Assembly: GCA_030265395.1 (NCBI GenBank)
Contig: JARFYF010000112.1
Coordinates: 74,323,529 to 74,387,528 of the forward strand
DNA length: 64,000 nucleotides
Reading direction: 5' to 3'
From: Rhina ancylostomus
Taxonomy: Eukaryota
This document shows positions 24,251-36,340 of the stretch, one piece after another. The stretch's first letter is position 1. Each line of letters starts with the position of its first letter. A program made the position numbers and the translations under genes. Under the pieces are notes generated by a model, which was not told the origin of the DNA, ran no database searches, and was given only the letters and a program-made list of their open reading frames with translations.

Positions 24251-26509
24251 GGTTGGGGTTCAAACTTGTTCCTGACTGAATCCAACGAGCAAACTTGATG
24301 TCTTGTTAAGTCCTTTTGTTGCTAAAGGTGGGAGGGGCCTGCTTATTTAATAAAAAAAACTTTCTAAATTGATGCATCTTTGTTCCAGAAAAAAACTGAA
24401 GAATATTGCATTTGGTTCTAAGGCATTCATAGCACAAAATTTAGTGCTCCACAGCTGTGACCTTCAGCCAGGGGCTCTGATATGACTTGGTTTTGTCCAA
24501 AGTTGTATACAACAACCAGGTCATGTGTTTGAGATTAAGTCCTTTCTTGCTAGGAACTCTTCTTTAATCCACTGAAGAAATGTCTAAGAAATACCATTGT
24601 CTGATCAAGTTTGTTAAACAGGCCAGAGCCATCTTAAAGACTAAGGCCTTGCAAGTTAAACACCTGGGTTGTTTAGGATCAGATGGTGATGTGAGGGATG
24701 CTCTTTGCATATCCCAACAATTCCATTACTTTGGCTAGTCTAACAGGAGGTATACCTAGTATAGTAATCTCATTCTACCTTGCCATCCAGTTTTTTATGC
24801 TTAAGTATGAATCTAGTGTTTTCTTTTCTGCTTCAAGAGAAGGAGCCAGGTTATTTTCTTTGCGAGGCTTGTTTTTGCCTTTGGCAGGTGTGAAGCTTGA
24901 AGCTATGTAGGTCCTGATTTTCTTTTTAGTTCACTGTGGTATTGTGCTGCGTTTGCTATTGGGGAATTGCATGGAGTGAATACAACAACTGCTAAAGTAA
25001 TGCCCTTGGTTTAAAATGTGAGATCCTCACTCATCCTCTTATTGATGTTTTCTAAGTGTAAACTTGTATGTGCATCCACTGCTTTAATTAAACAACCTTA
25101 ATGCAAAGCCCAACCTTCTAGGAAAGTACATTTACCACTAATCAGCCAACTTCTCATTAGCTGCTGGATACTCCATAGTTTACCTGTCAATGATGCTTTA
25201 ATTTCACCATTGCCTGGACCTCCACCATCAATTTCTCTTTATGGTACCTTTTTAATATAAACATCCACATGAGCATTATCAAATCTGACAAACTCAATCT
25301 GGAGCAAGTGACAGCTGGGTTCAAAAGCTTTAAAGGTGTGTCTTGTGGGAGGAGGTAGTTTAGGACCTTTTTGTATCTGAACCTTCAGTTGACAGTGGTC
25401 AGGAATAATTTGCATTCAGAATTTGGACTCTGCACAGGAGATCATTCAGCCTATTCTTTTGAAATTTAACCTAATTCTGAAACCTTTGGTCTGTTAATGG
25501 CAGAATGCTATTGCATTGTCATCTCTGGTGATCTAGTTATAAGTCTTTTACTAATATGAAATAGTTGAAACATTTTGCACAGTGAGCAGTTCATGAACAG
25601 TAACAGTTACAAGTTGGTACTGCAGTTAAATACTTGTGGATCACAAAATGAGAGCAATGCGATCTGATGCATAAATTGACATTGAAGAGGAAAGGAAAGC
25701 AGTCTAACTTCATTCTTGGTTGTGGTAACTTTTTACTTGAGCGCCCATTTGTGCTGTAATGGAATCTCTAAATTACATGCACAAGTTCAACATTTGTTGT
25801 AATATAAACAAGGATGTCTCTAGTACTGACTATGCTATCATTTCTTAAATATCATTACAGTGCTTTCCTCCCATTCTTTCTCTTCTTTTCTCCCCCCCCC
25901 CCCCACCACCACAAAATGTCTTTTGTTTGGACAATTGACTTAAAGATGAATGTCCACAATAGGAAGCTTCCTTTTGTATAAATCATCTTTAATAGTATAT
26001 TTAGGATGGCTGACAGGCTGGTGCATTTAGTCACTCAACAACTTGCACCATTCCCCTTCGGGGGGGGGGCGCCTAGAGAATGATTATAGGTTTTTGTATA
26101 ACTTGTGGTAAATGCAGAGGCTAAATTTAAACAAGGAGTGCTTCAAATGGTGAACCTGACAAATAAGTGTCATTGGAAGATGTATCTTTTGAGTGATGCC
26201 CTTTATTCAAAATGGTACCTCCTGATCATTTTTTTAGTCTTGGCTCTCAACAGGAGAATGGAGTTTGGCTGACTTGAAGGATCAAGATGGATGTGGTTTT
26301 TGTTTTTAATTTGTTAATCACTTCCTAGATGCCTGGGTTTTTAATGTGTTTGCTNNNNNNNNNNNNNNNNNNNNNNNNNNNNNNNNNNNNNNNNNNNNNN
26401 NNNNNNNNNNNNNNNNNNNNNNNNNNNNNNNNNNNNNNNNNNNNNNNNNNNNNNTTTTAATGTGTTTGCTTTGTGCTATATACAATCTTTCTCTACCTTT
26501 GTTTTTGAG

Positions 26510-26665
26510 GACAACATCCACATTGAAGAATCTGCCCGCCTCCTGGTGGAAAACATCATTAACGCTGAAGATGATGATGCAGCTCCAACAGATCCTGAAA
26601 TTATTTCATCCCAGCAACTCTCGCAACACAGTAACAATTCTGGCTGTTCTGCTTGTACAAAATAA
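26510..26665 (+). CDS. RAB38: Rab38/Rab32-subfamily small GTPase, coding exon 3 (terminal)
   Basis: Pyrimidine tract followed by GAG|GACAAC. Translation DNIHIEESARLLVENIINAEDDDAAPTDPEIISSQQLSQHSNNSGCSACTK*, which matches the expected (D/E)NINI(D/E)EA helix and a Rab38-like CxxC prenylation tail. Phase 0 fits exon 2. Confidence 0.9.
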   Translation, partial: DNIHIEESARLLVENIINAEDDDAAPTDPEIISSQQLSQHSNNSGCSACTK

Positions 26666-28119
26666 AGGAAGTTGGATCACTGTCATGGGGGAGGGCAGGG
26701 GGTGGTGGGGAAATGGTGGGCTTTGGAGAATGTGATGTAGAGGTTAAAAGGCCAAGCAGCTCACTTGGTGAGGCACTGGAGAGTGACCACTACATGTAGT
26801 CAATGACTCGTACAAAAACACTTGGGTTAGTGGTGATCATTCTTCCTCCATAGAAAGTTCAATATTGATCTTGTTCTATTAATGTCATCCAGACCACTTA
26901 ATTGGTATATCAGCTAAAATTTGTTTCTCTGCTGGGTTGGGGTTGAGGGCAACTTCAACTTTTCAGATGGCATTATTTTTAAATGGATCTAGGTATTCTG
27001 CTGATTATGGTAGTTCTGGGTACTGGTTTTATTGGAAGAAAACCTTTTTTCTAAATGTGCATTTAGCTTAGATCCCTTATTTCCAACCACTCTCTTCCCC
27101 CCCCCCCCCCCCCGGGCTGTCTCTTCTCCAGTCCACCAGACTTGTTCTTATGATATTATGATCTTTTGTTTTTTTGCAGACCACCTTTTCCTTTGAGCAG
27201 ATTTCAGTAGGTATCAGAATACCTCCATCCTCTTGCAGTTATTGTGAATCTGAGCTTTGTTCATTTGCCTTTGCATATTGCTTGCATTCAATTTTTTCTA
27301 TATACATTGCTTCTATAATGTTTTGTAGCTTCAGTCATGTGCAATAACAAATGGTACCTCATTTTGGAAAGGAAGTCAGTTTGTTCTTTCCCCAAGGAGT
27401 TTCTGAAAATCTACTCCTATGCCAGATTCACATTTTTGTGCTGTAACCAAACTGCAGTTTTCCTATTTTTGTTAGCTTGTGATCAATGGATCCAGAAATA
27501 GCAGACTCTGGTACTATGTTCTTTGCTTGCATGCCACTTTGTTCTTGTCCATGAATTGGAAGGGGAGGGGTAATCAAGTGGCAATTGCAGAGGATGTTTG
27601 AGTCCAGACTGATGCACAAATTTAATTTCTAATCACTGAACATCCAATTCTCAGCCTAGCACTTTCATGAATATTGCACATTTGAATTTCTTTATGGTTT
27701 ACTGGCCCTGCTGCCTCTCTCCACACTTTACTTAAATGTAATCAGTTATTATTTGTTCTAAAATAATACTAAAGAAATAACNNNNNNNNNNNNNNNNNNN
27801 NNNNNNNNNNNNNNNNNNNNNNNNNNNNNNNNNNNNNNNNNNNNNNNNNNNNNNNNNNNNNNNNNNNNNNNNNNNNNNNNNGACTAATCTAGAAGAGTGT
27901 TCCTGTGTTTTTGCTGTCACTCCTTTCCACTCTTCAGTGTCAATACAGCGGCCAGTATCAAAATGCATGTGAATGGTTTCACCTCTCCACCCATATTGTC
28001 CTTGGCACATTTGGATTATTTGGGACTTCAGAATGTCTCACTGTGTATCTTGATATCTACCACATTCTCCTGATTTTGATATTTCAGGAAATTGACTGTA
28101 TTAGTGCAACTTATTTATT

Positions 28120-28125
28120 AATAAA
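28120..28125 (+). terminator. Candidate polyadenylation signal for the Rab gene (3'UTR about 1.5 kb)
   Basis: AATAAA followed by a T/GT-rich downstream sequence. Not verifiable without transcripts. Confidence 0.35.
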
Positions 28126-28679
28126 CTCACTCTGTCTAAACACATTTTGAGTTGGTTCAACTTCTACTGTGTGCTGAGCATTAGTTTTGATTTGGGATGC
28201 AATGTATAGAAATCAGTTTAATGTGCAGGACAACTGGACATGCAACCAGATCAAAGCAGTACAGTCCTGTAAAATATAAGAATGCTAGTGGGTAATTAAA
28301 CAATTAACAGGAGATAACAGCACCAATTACATTCTCAACCCAAATGATGGCCATGCCTGAGTGTAGAAGTGCTGTGATTTCTCCTTTTTTTAGTCTTGAT
28401 CACAACCATCTCAAGTTAATTTGATTCACTCCAAACGATGAGGAGAACCAGCTTAAAGCACTGGATACAGCAAGAACACCAGGATCCTGAAGAACTTGGC
28501 TCTGGAAGAGTTCAAAATGTTGATATTTGACTGCATTGTCNNNNNNNNNNNNNNNNNNNNNNGCATTGTCAAGAAATATTTGTAAAATTTGAATTATGGG
28601 AGTCACCAATAACTGGAATTGAAGCATTAAATCTAGGATATTGGAGTTCACCACAGCATGGGCAAGACTCTCAAATAGT

Positions 28680-29020
28680 CATATGGCACAGAAACAGACC
28701 CTTTTTTTGCATTCATGCTGACCAAACACCCATTTACACTAACCCCATTATATTGTTCCCCACATTACCATTCATAATGGCCAAGCCCTTCTCCCCACCT
28801 CTTTCCCTCTTCTTCCTCCTCCACTCCACCCCCCCCCCCCCCCCCCAACCTCCCCCAAAATTATCCTAATGCAGTTTGTAGTAAGCTAACACACCTTTTG
28901 GGATGCCTAGANNNNNNNNNNGTGGAGAACATAAATTCCACACAGCACCAGAGGTCTGAATTCAACATAACGTGGATTGCTGGACTGAGGCAGCAGTTTG
29001 TCTAGTTATACTGCTGTACT
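28680..29020 (-). mobile_element. HE1-like SINE remnant
   Basis: ggcacagaaacagaccc...ccatttacactaaccccatt tail and ggagaacataaattccacacagcaccagaggtc head-side sequence, both in reverse orientation. Confidence 0.5.
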
Positions 29021-30049
29021 GTTCCCTACTTCAAATGTTTCATAATGGACTACCCCATGCTCAAGGCCTTGGAGTGATGTTCATAGATTATTAGTGTTCA
29101 GCTCCTTTCCCAACCCCTAGAGTTATGAAACTGTCTGAGCTTGCACCAGACCTGGCTGATTGACAATGTTGGGTAATAACAATTTCTAACATTTTGTTTT
29201 CAGTGACCTCACTATTGCTGAACATTGTGGGTCCTGTTGCAACAACACTGCAAGTTCATTACCATTTGGGATAAAGCAACCTATTTAATGTGTAGTCTAC
29301 CACCTTTTAAATTTATTCCCTTTCCATTGATGCATCATAGCTATACTAGTGAAGGCTTCTTTGGGAGCACCTACCACTTCACTTTCATTCCTGGGAGCTT
29401 AGGAACGTGACCACCTCCATAGTCCTGCATCATCCTACACTGGACATGTAGCTGAGTTTTCCCCCTCCCATAACTGGGTTAGTGTCCTGGATCTCCCTAT
29501 CCACTGGCACTGGTCACCTGCTCTAATCCTGCTATTTGACTCTGTTGTCAAATTTTGTCAGTCCTGTGAATTGGTTTGAGACATTGCTCTGTTTAAAATC
29601 ATTTAAATACTGGTTGGTTTTGGAGCAGATTTTGGTCTTTCACTCTGTCGCCAAACCCAAATCATTCTCCCAAACAGAAATGACAAAATTGTGTATGTAG
29701 GATTTGCCTGTGATGCACCAGTGAGCCTGCCCCCTCTAGTGGGGGAAAAAGGATAAGGATGGTCATAAGATGCAAGATAAAGGCTTCTGTGTTGTAAACA
29801 TGTTCCAATTTCCTGCAGGATTAATGTTATCGGGGAATCGTGNNNNNNNNNNCTTTCTAGCAATGCTGCAGCCATCATGACTGGTTTTAAACCATTAAAA
29901 CTATTTCAAGTGATTAAAAATATGGTTTTTGCTGCAGAATACCATGTGCTGAATTGCAGAAATGTGCTTGTAACAATGTACAGCATAGAATGTACTATTC
30001 CAATATCTTAATGGGTTATGGCTTCCCTTTTACAAAGTAATTATTCAAA

Positions 30050-30400
30050 GTCCTTGAATTCAAAGACCTGTCTAAAGGTCTCTTAAACAGTGCAATTGTT
30101 TCTGACTAGAGCTTCCTCTGGCAGTTTATTCCAAATACCCATCACGTGTGTGTGTGTGTGTGTGTGTGGGGGGGGGGGGGAATTTTCCTCTTGAGTCCCT
30201 CTTTAAATCTTTCCCCTCCCTTTTTTCTCTTTTTCACCCCCCCCCCTTAAATATACATCCTCAAGTTTTGTATTTCCCCTTCCTTGAGGAAAATCTGTCA
30301 ATCTGTCAAATCTATCAGGGCCTTCCATCATCCTTCAAAGATTCCTTGGCTGCTGAGATCAGTCATGCCAGCAGCTCTGGTGGGGATGAGCATACCAGTA
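30050..30400 (-). mobile_element. CR1 remnant containing (TG)n and poly-G expansions
   Basis: ctcttaaac...cctctggcagtttattccaaatacc...cccttaaatatacatcctcaagttttg; (TG)n at about 30146-30167 is followed by a G run. Confidence 0.55.
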
Positions 30401-33400
30401 TTGATCAAATTATTTGTCAATAACACCTCTCAAAGTTCCTCTTGAAAATCCCATTAGACATACAGTATGATTCAGCATATGTATAGTGATCAGATACAAA
30501 AATTAGGATTGCATCAACATCTGCAGTTCCCATAATCATGAGATTAGCCACACTGAGCATGTGGATTGTGATATCATCTGGTACCAAGGCTTGTAAGGAG
30601 GGATTTAAATGTCAAGGAGCTGCATTTTCAACTGTAATCCAGAGGGCTAGTGGGAGATTTGATATTTTTGAAAATTGTGGCATGTCTTCTAAAACTTTAA
30701 TGTGTTTCTGTTCATGAATCAGTGTATATCTAAAGGGATTTTCAAGAGGAATTTCTGGAAGTGTTGCCAAGGATTGGGCAATAACAATTGGGCTCCCTAA
30801 TAATTGATTGTTAGCTTCAGTACTTTATAACTGCACATTTCCCAAATGAGAAGTGAAATATCAAACAAAACTGCAGTATTGTCCATTACTGATTCAGTCA
30901 ATTTGCTGTTCTGGACTGCATTCTCCAGTTAAATCCTCAACAGGAGGTTAGGATCTGATGCATAAATGCCCAGGGAAGTACTGACATTGTAAATCAGAAT
31001 CTCCTTACCACTGTCTGTTGGTACTCATTGATGCCATGTTGGATGGACAGCACAAGAACTTGTCCCATCCATGGGTCTTTGTATGGGGAGAGGGATGGTA
31101 GGGATGAACCTGGGGCTAGGAGAAATACTTCCCTTGCTCACAAAGAATGCTCTGAAGACACTTGTCTACTTTGCAAAGCTAATCTTACCTCAATCCCAGA
31201 CACGCACTGGAAAGCAAGTTAACTCACTGGCTCGCAGTGTCGTTGAAAACAATTAATAGCCGACTTGCCTCCTGGGATTTGGTTGATTTTCCACTTAAAT
31301 AAATTACTGGTGGGCAAGGGTGGGTTGTGTGTTTGTATTTTTAAAATATTTACATCTCACTAGAATGCGAGCTCTTGTTTGTTGTGCTAAATATTAGCCA
31401 GAATTTTAATGAAAATCATTCTTCCTGGAAAACAAAGGTTTCTTGCCACCAACAATAACAAAGTTCAATGTGATGAAAGTCAAAGGTTATGCAAATCCAT
31501 AGTAGAAAGAATGCTTTTCTTTCAAGGTATGATCAACATCTGGAATAATCTGCTATTCTGGATCAGAAGAATTCATTATCAGTTGCTAGTTTTGATGATT
31601 TTGAATATTGGATTTCAATCTTCAAATGAATGTTTTTTGTGTTGCTGAGTTTCTTTCTACTTTTGTGAAATATAAATTCACATGCTGCTCTCACATGATT
31701 AAAGCTGTTTTTAGTTATTACCTTTAATGAAAGCTGCATTTACAATATTTGCTTTCAAAGTTCCTGTCCCAGAGAGAAATGGAATTTTAAAAGGGATCTT
31801 TTGAAAAGACAGATTTGCACACAATTTCAGCAAAGTAACCTGCACAACAAGAAGTTAAAGGGAAACCAAGTTATGGATCTGAGTCAGTCTGGTTTATAAG
31901 TAAACTTTTATCATGCAACTTTGCAATACCTTATGAGGCATTATTGTCTTTGTGTCTTTTAGTTTCTAGACAGCAGTAGCAAACTAAGAAACACTTAGTC
32001 ACAGAAATAATCTGAAGACATTCAAACAATACAAAATAATCAATAATTCAATCAGCTGACTTTTTCTTCAGTCTTGGTTGAATATTTGAAGCAAGTTTTG
32101 AATTGCTCAGCTGCTTCATTTCAAACAAAACAATTTTAACAAGTTCATGGCAAGTCAAGTGACGGGACAGTCAAAATATTTGAAGAAAGTACTTTCATTA
32201 GCAATATTTCTAAATTAGCTATTTTATAGTATTGAAAGTAAGTGATTAAACTATCACCCATCTCTAAATTGAATTTTCAGTTATCTCTTAAGTGGAGATT
32301 GTTAAATGGGAATAGGTTTCAGGTGGGCAAGGTTCAACTATGTCAACCTCCCTAACCTTTGTATTACCTTCCATGTGGCATTGTTTTCTCTTACTTGCTG
32401 CCTGCTTAAAACTGAGTCTGGCTGGCTGGCAGGCAAAGATTGGGCAGCCTGATGGCCACCTGCTAGCACTTGACAGGTAGGGGGAACCATTGTCATGGTC
32501 TCAGTCATCGTGGATAGAAGCCTGGGCAGGAAAGGACTTAAGTTGGTCTATCTTGGGAGGTGATTTTATTTGCTGGTGAGTACAATTGTACCTCCTCCTG
32601 TAAAATCTTAGGACCAGAATGGGCATTGGGATCTACATAGAATTTTGGATAAAATATGATACTGTTTCCAAAACAGAAGTTGAGAAACTACTGAAGAAAT
32701 GTACTTTTTTGAAAAAAAACCTTGTGATGTCTTGTTAAATAACTTCACACTGTTTGTTTGGTGCTACTGAGTCTCAATGAAAACTATATGTGAGTAATCT
32801 GTCATTATGTTGAACACCAATAATAAACGGTAGTAAGTGTGCCCAATTATTGTGATGTGACATAAATTTGAAGAATGTCCAATCCTTGAACGAAGATGAA
32901 TGTAAAGCAGTAGCCTTGTTAGTTTAAGTCTGGTTTTCCCTTTCCTCTCTTCTGACTAGTTACCACAATCGAGGGATTGATCAAAAGAAACGTCGCTTGT
33001 TATTGCAGTGCCTCTGTGGTGCGGCATAGATCAATGAGCAGCGAGTCCCATNNNAGCAGCGAGTCCCATTCATCATGTTTTGCAGGTCACAGCCTTGCCT
33101 CTGTAGGGAAAGTGAGAAGGGAATTCAGATCGTGGATCTCCGTGATTCTCCTCCAAATTGTGAGTGAGCAGTATTGGAATGGAGCTCTATTTCTCCAGGC
33201 ATTGTACAGTGAGGGTTCAGCCTGTCCTGAATCTTGCATCTGAATTTGCACGTGGGGAAATTAGAGCACCAATGGATTGAAGTTGCCTCTATACGGCTCC
33301 TTCACTGGAATGATAGCAGTGATGCACCTGCTCAGTATCAATAAGAATTCCTGGGATCAGACTACCTTAAAAAAAAGCTCTGCCCCTACGTCATCAGTGG

Positions 33401-34610
33401 TGCAAGTTGGTAGCCAATTAAATAAAGTCACAGTGAACCACTACTGTTAGAAAATTTGGCAAGATAATAAAAAGTCTTCAATAATGCTACTCTCCCAACA
33501 GCAGACATCTCCCACAATTTGCTGCTGCAAGGAATCTAACCTTTACGGATCTGATGGGCCCTGTATATGATAGTAAGTGCCTGTTTCTTGGTGTACAGTA
33601 AGTCAAGTAGGAATGCTGAAAATTTCTGCGTAGTATCAGTCTGCTATTGCTGCCCCTTTCCATGACTTTTAGTGTTTCAAAAGAGTCAATGCTGGAATCA
33701 TCCCTTTCCTTCCTCCCCACAGGCACTTTAACCGCGTGGATTTTTGGTGTTTCTATTTCCCCCTGTTATTAACTCATCCTGCATTGCCTAAAGTACTCTG
33801 GGTTTGGACTCTGCAACTATAAATACTATCAAAGCAGCTCTTAAACATGGATGAAGGCTTTGACCAAAATGAAAAAGTACCTGCATCAAAGGCAATGAAC
33901 TTTGTGTAGTTGGTGGACAATAGGTGGAAGATGGCAACTTCTTCTTAAGCAAAATGGCATGGCTTAACAAATGACATCGGGGAAAATGGTCTTGGAAGTG
34001 ATTTGCTGATATGTTCTAAATGTATATCTTTTTTTCACGTATTTTCCTTTTCTCCATCTCTTTACAATTTACTTCACAAGGTCTAAGCAAATTTTAGAGA
34101 GAACTATTCTCTGTAACCAGAAGAGAAGGTAACTTCAGCCAGTAGGTTTTCCAGGACTTGGGTTGCTATTAATTACTATCTTTAACCAGACAAAACCCCC
34201 TTTACTTGGTGACTCTGGAAATTGTTTTAAATAAAAACTCATCACTGACAAATGTTTGAATTTTAAAATGAATTCCACTTGATTCATATTTTACTGCTTA
34301 GCAATTATTTGAACATTGGTGCTATCGTCAGCTGGAAAAAAAATGTGAGAACTTGACTGTGGCTTTTCCTCTAACCCAAGATGTTTACTTTTAAACTTGG
34401 CAACCTTAAACTGGACATACCAAGACATGATGTAAAATTCCCCAATCTCAACTGTAACCTCCATCTCTGAGGAATGCCTTTAGGGTAGGCCCAACCCTCT
34501 GTGATCTTATACAATACTTCTTTAACAAACCAATGTGTAGGGAATGAAATTTTGTATTGACTGTTTGAAATGGAAGGGGCATCTTGCTTTTCCTTGCTAT
34601 TTTAAGGGTT

Positions 34611-35732
34611 TCAATTGGAATGACATTCGCTGTAATTCCCTTTGATCCAGTAGCAGATCTGTGCATACTTCAGTGGTGTGATGCGGACTGCCACATTGTA
34701 ATCTTGCTGCACCCCATTGAGATCCACCCACTGGTGGCCTGAAAATATTCCAACAATTTTCCTTTCCCAGTCATGTTTCTCTGGCAACCACAACTTAACA
34801 TACACACCAGAACCACTGGAACCCGGCTGGGCATCACAGTGCTGGTAAATGAGATGAGGCGTCTCATTGATGATTGGGCAAAATCGATACACCAGTTGCC
34901 CAGGCCTATCGCTGTCAAATCCAGAAAAGTGGATTCTATTGCCAGCCACTTGGGCTGAAGATGGCATTACTGTAAACTCCATGTATGGCTTGTCATGAGA
35001 CCTCTTCAGTTCCAGCAGAGCATAGTCATAGTCCATACTGAGTTGGTTCTGAGAACGTATCCAGCCCCTTGGAACCTGTGTGCGTTTGACACGTGACCAC
35101 CTTGTCAAGAATTTTGGTGGATGCTTCAAATTTTTTGGCAATTGGGTTTTGAGATTCTCTGTTAAAAACCCAACCTTTAACTTTTTTGCTCCTTTGACAT
35201 AATCCTTCCCATCATGGATGCAGTGGGCTGCAGTTAACACGTGTCTCTCTGACACCAGGATGCCTGTGCAGCCAGTGGAGATTTTCACTGTTGTGGAAAA
35301 TGGAAAATTGAGCAGGAAATTTTTTCCACTAATATCAAATCTGCCGTCCACCCCAAAAATCTGCCGCTTGCGCCGTGATCGGCGTGAGGTGTAATTTTCT
35401 GAGAGCAGGGAGTCTGAGTCGGAGTTAAAGCCAGAGATGTCCACCCTGGTAAGGGTTCGAGTGCCATTGGTGTAAACTGTTTCAAAAGAGAGATTTTCCT
35501 TTAAGTCCTCTAAGGTTGGGTGAGCTTCTCTCCACAGGCACTCTGCATTGCAGTGGGTCATCAGCTCCAGTCTGGCTTTGGCAGAGAATCGTGGTTTGCC
35601 TAGCTTCACTGTTTCTTGGGGAAGGAACACTGGTATCTTCTGCTTGTTCCAGGTTGTATTCCAGTGTGTGTTAGATACCTGGGACTGGTTGGAAAGATAC
35701 AGAATAACGAGTAGAATCTTTAATTGGCCCAT
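34611..35732 (-). CDS. PRSS23: Serine protease 23-like (PRSS23/PRSS35 family), single coding exon, 373 aa
   Basis: ATG at 35732 followed by a signal-peptide-like MGQLKILLVILYLS. Furin site RRSRRKR|QIFG. His motif LTAAHC, Asp motif DYDYALLEL, Ser motif CDAQPGSSGSG, and C-terminal VAVRITPLKYAQICYWIKG, all typical of the family. A splice acceptor (tttcttctatttgagcAG, exon starting about 35748) lies just before the ATG. Confidence 0.93.
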   Translation of the reverse strand: MGQLKILLVILYLSNQSQVSNTHWNTTWNKQKIPVFLPQETVKLGKPRFSAKARLELMTHCNAECLWREAHPTLEDLKENLSFETVYTNGTRTLTRVDISGFNSDSDSLLSENYTSRRSRRKRQIFGVDGRFDISGKNFLLNFPFSTTVKISTGCTGILVSERHVLTAAHCIHDGKDYVKGAKKLKVGFLTENLKTQLPKNLKHPPKFLTRWSRVKRTQVPRGWIRSQNQLSMDYDYALLELKRSHDKPYMEFTVMPSSAQVAGNRIHFSGFDSDRPGQLVYRFCPIINETPHLIYQHCDAQPGSSGSGVYVKLWLPEKHDWERKIVGIFSGHQWVDLNGVQQDYNVAVRITPLKYAQICYWIKGNYSECHSN

Positions 35733-36340
35733 TGTGGAAACTGGTGTCCTGCTCAAATAGAAGAAATATAGTTCTTGTCAATAATGAAAATGAAAACATA
35801 TTTTTGCATTTAAGAAAATCAAAGGATCACGGATTACAGTAAAGAAAAAGGCAGACTTACTCAAGGGTCCTTTAACAATGCAATAACATATGTTATTAGA
35901 ATACTTACAAGTAGATTCTCAACTTTGTGAAGCAGGGGAAAAGCAACTGATCTCTTATAACAAATCAGGTCCAAGAATTTGTACATATTACAACCATGGA
36001 AGCAGGTTGAAGACTTTCATAATGATAATAGTTATGTTATCAATCAAGTGGATTAACTACACAATCATTTCATCATGTACCACATAACACAAATTGTATA
36101 ACTAAAGTTTAGCACACCATTTTACATTTAGCCACAGTTCAAAAAGATTTCACCACAAATAGTTGACATGGTACTTTTAACAATTCACTGTTTAACTTTT
36201 CTGTTAAAATATGTTGCTGGTATTTAATGATTATTGTATATTGTAATACTCTGCAAACTGCCACTGAGATCACTATAAAAAGTGTGTTTAGAAATTACCA
36301 TATAGTTTAATTATACTGTTTTTCATGAAGTTTAATGATC

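Noticed and set aside
26339-26470. Direct repeat ttttaatgtgtttgct on both sides of a 100-N gap
   Set aside because: Typical unmerged contig overlap rather than a biological repeat.
33037-33069. agcagcgagtcccat repeated around NN (similarly gcattgtc around the gap at 28533-28570)
   Set aside because: Gap-edge overlap artifact.
35733-35756. Extension MSRTPVST on the protease ORF
   Set aside because: It starts at TTG and crosses the splice acceptor. The signal peptide begins at ATG 35732.
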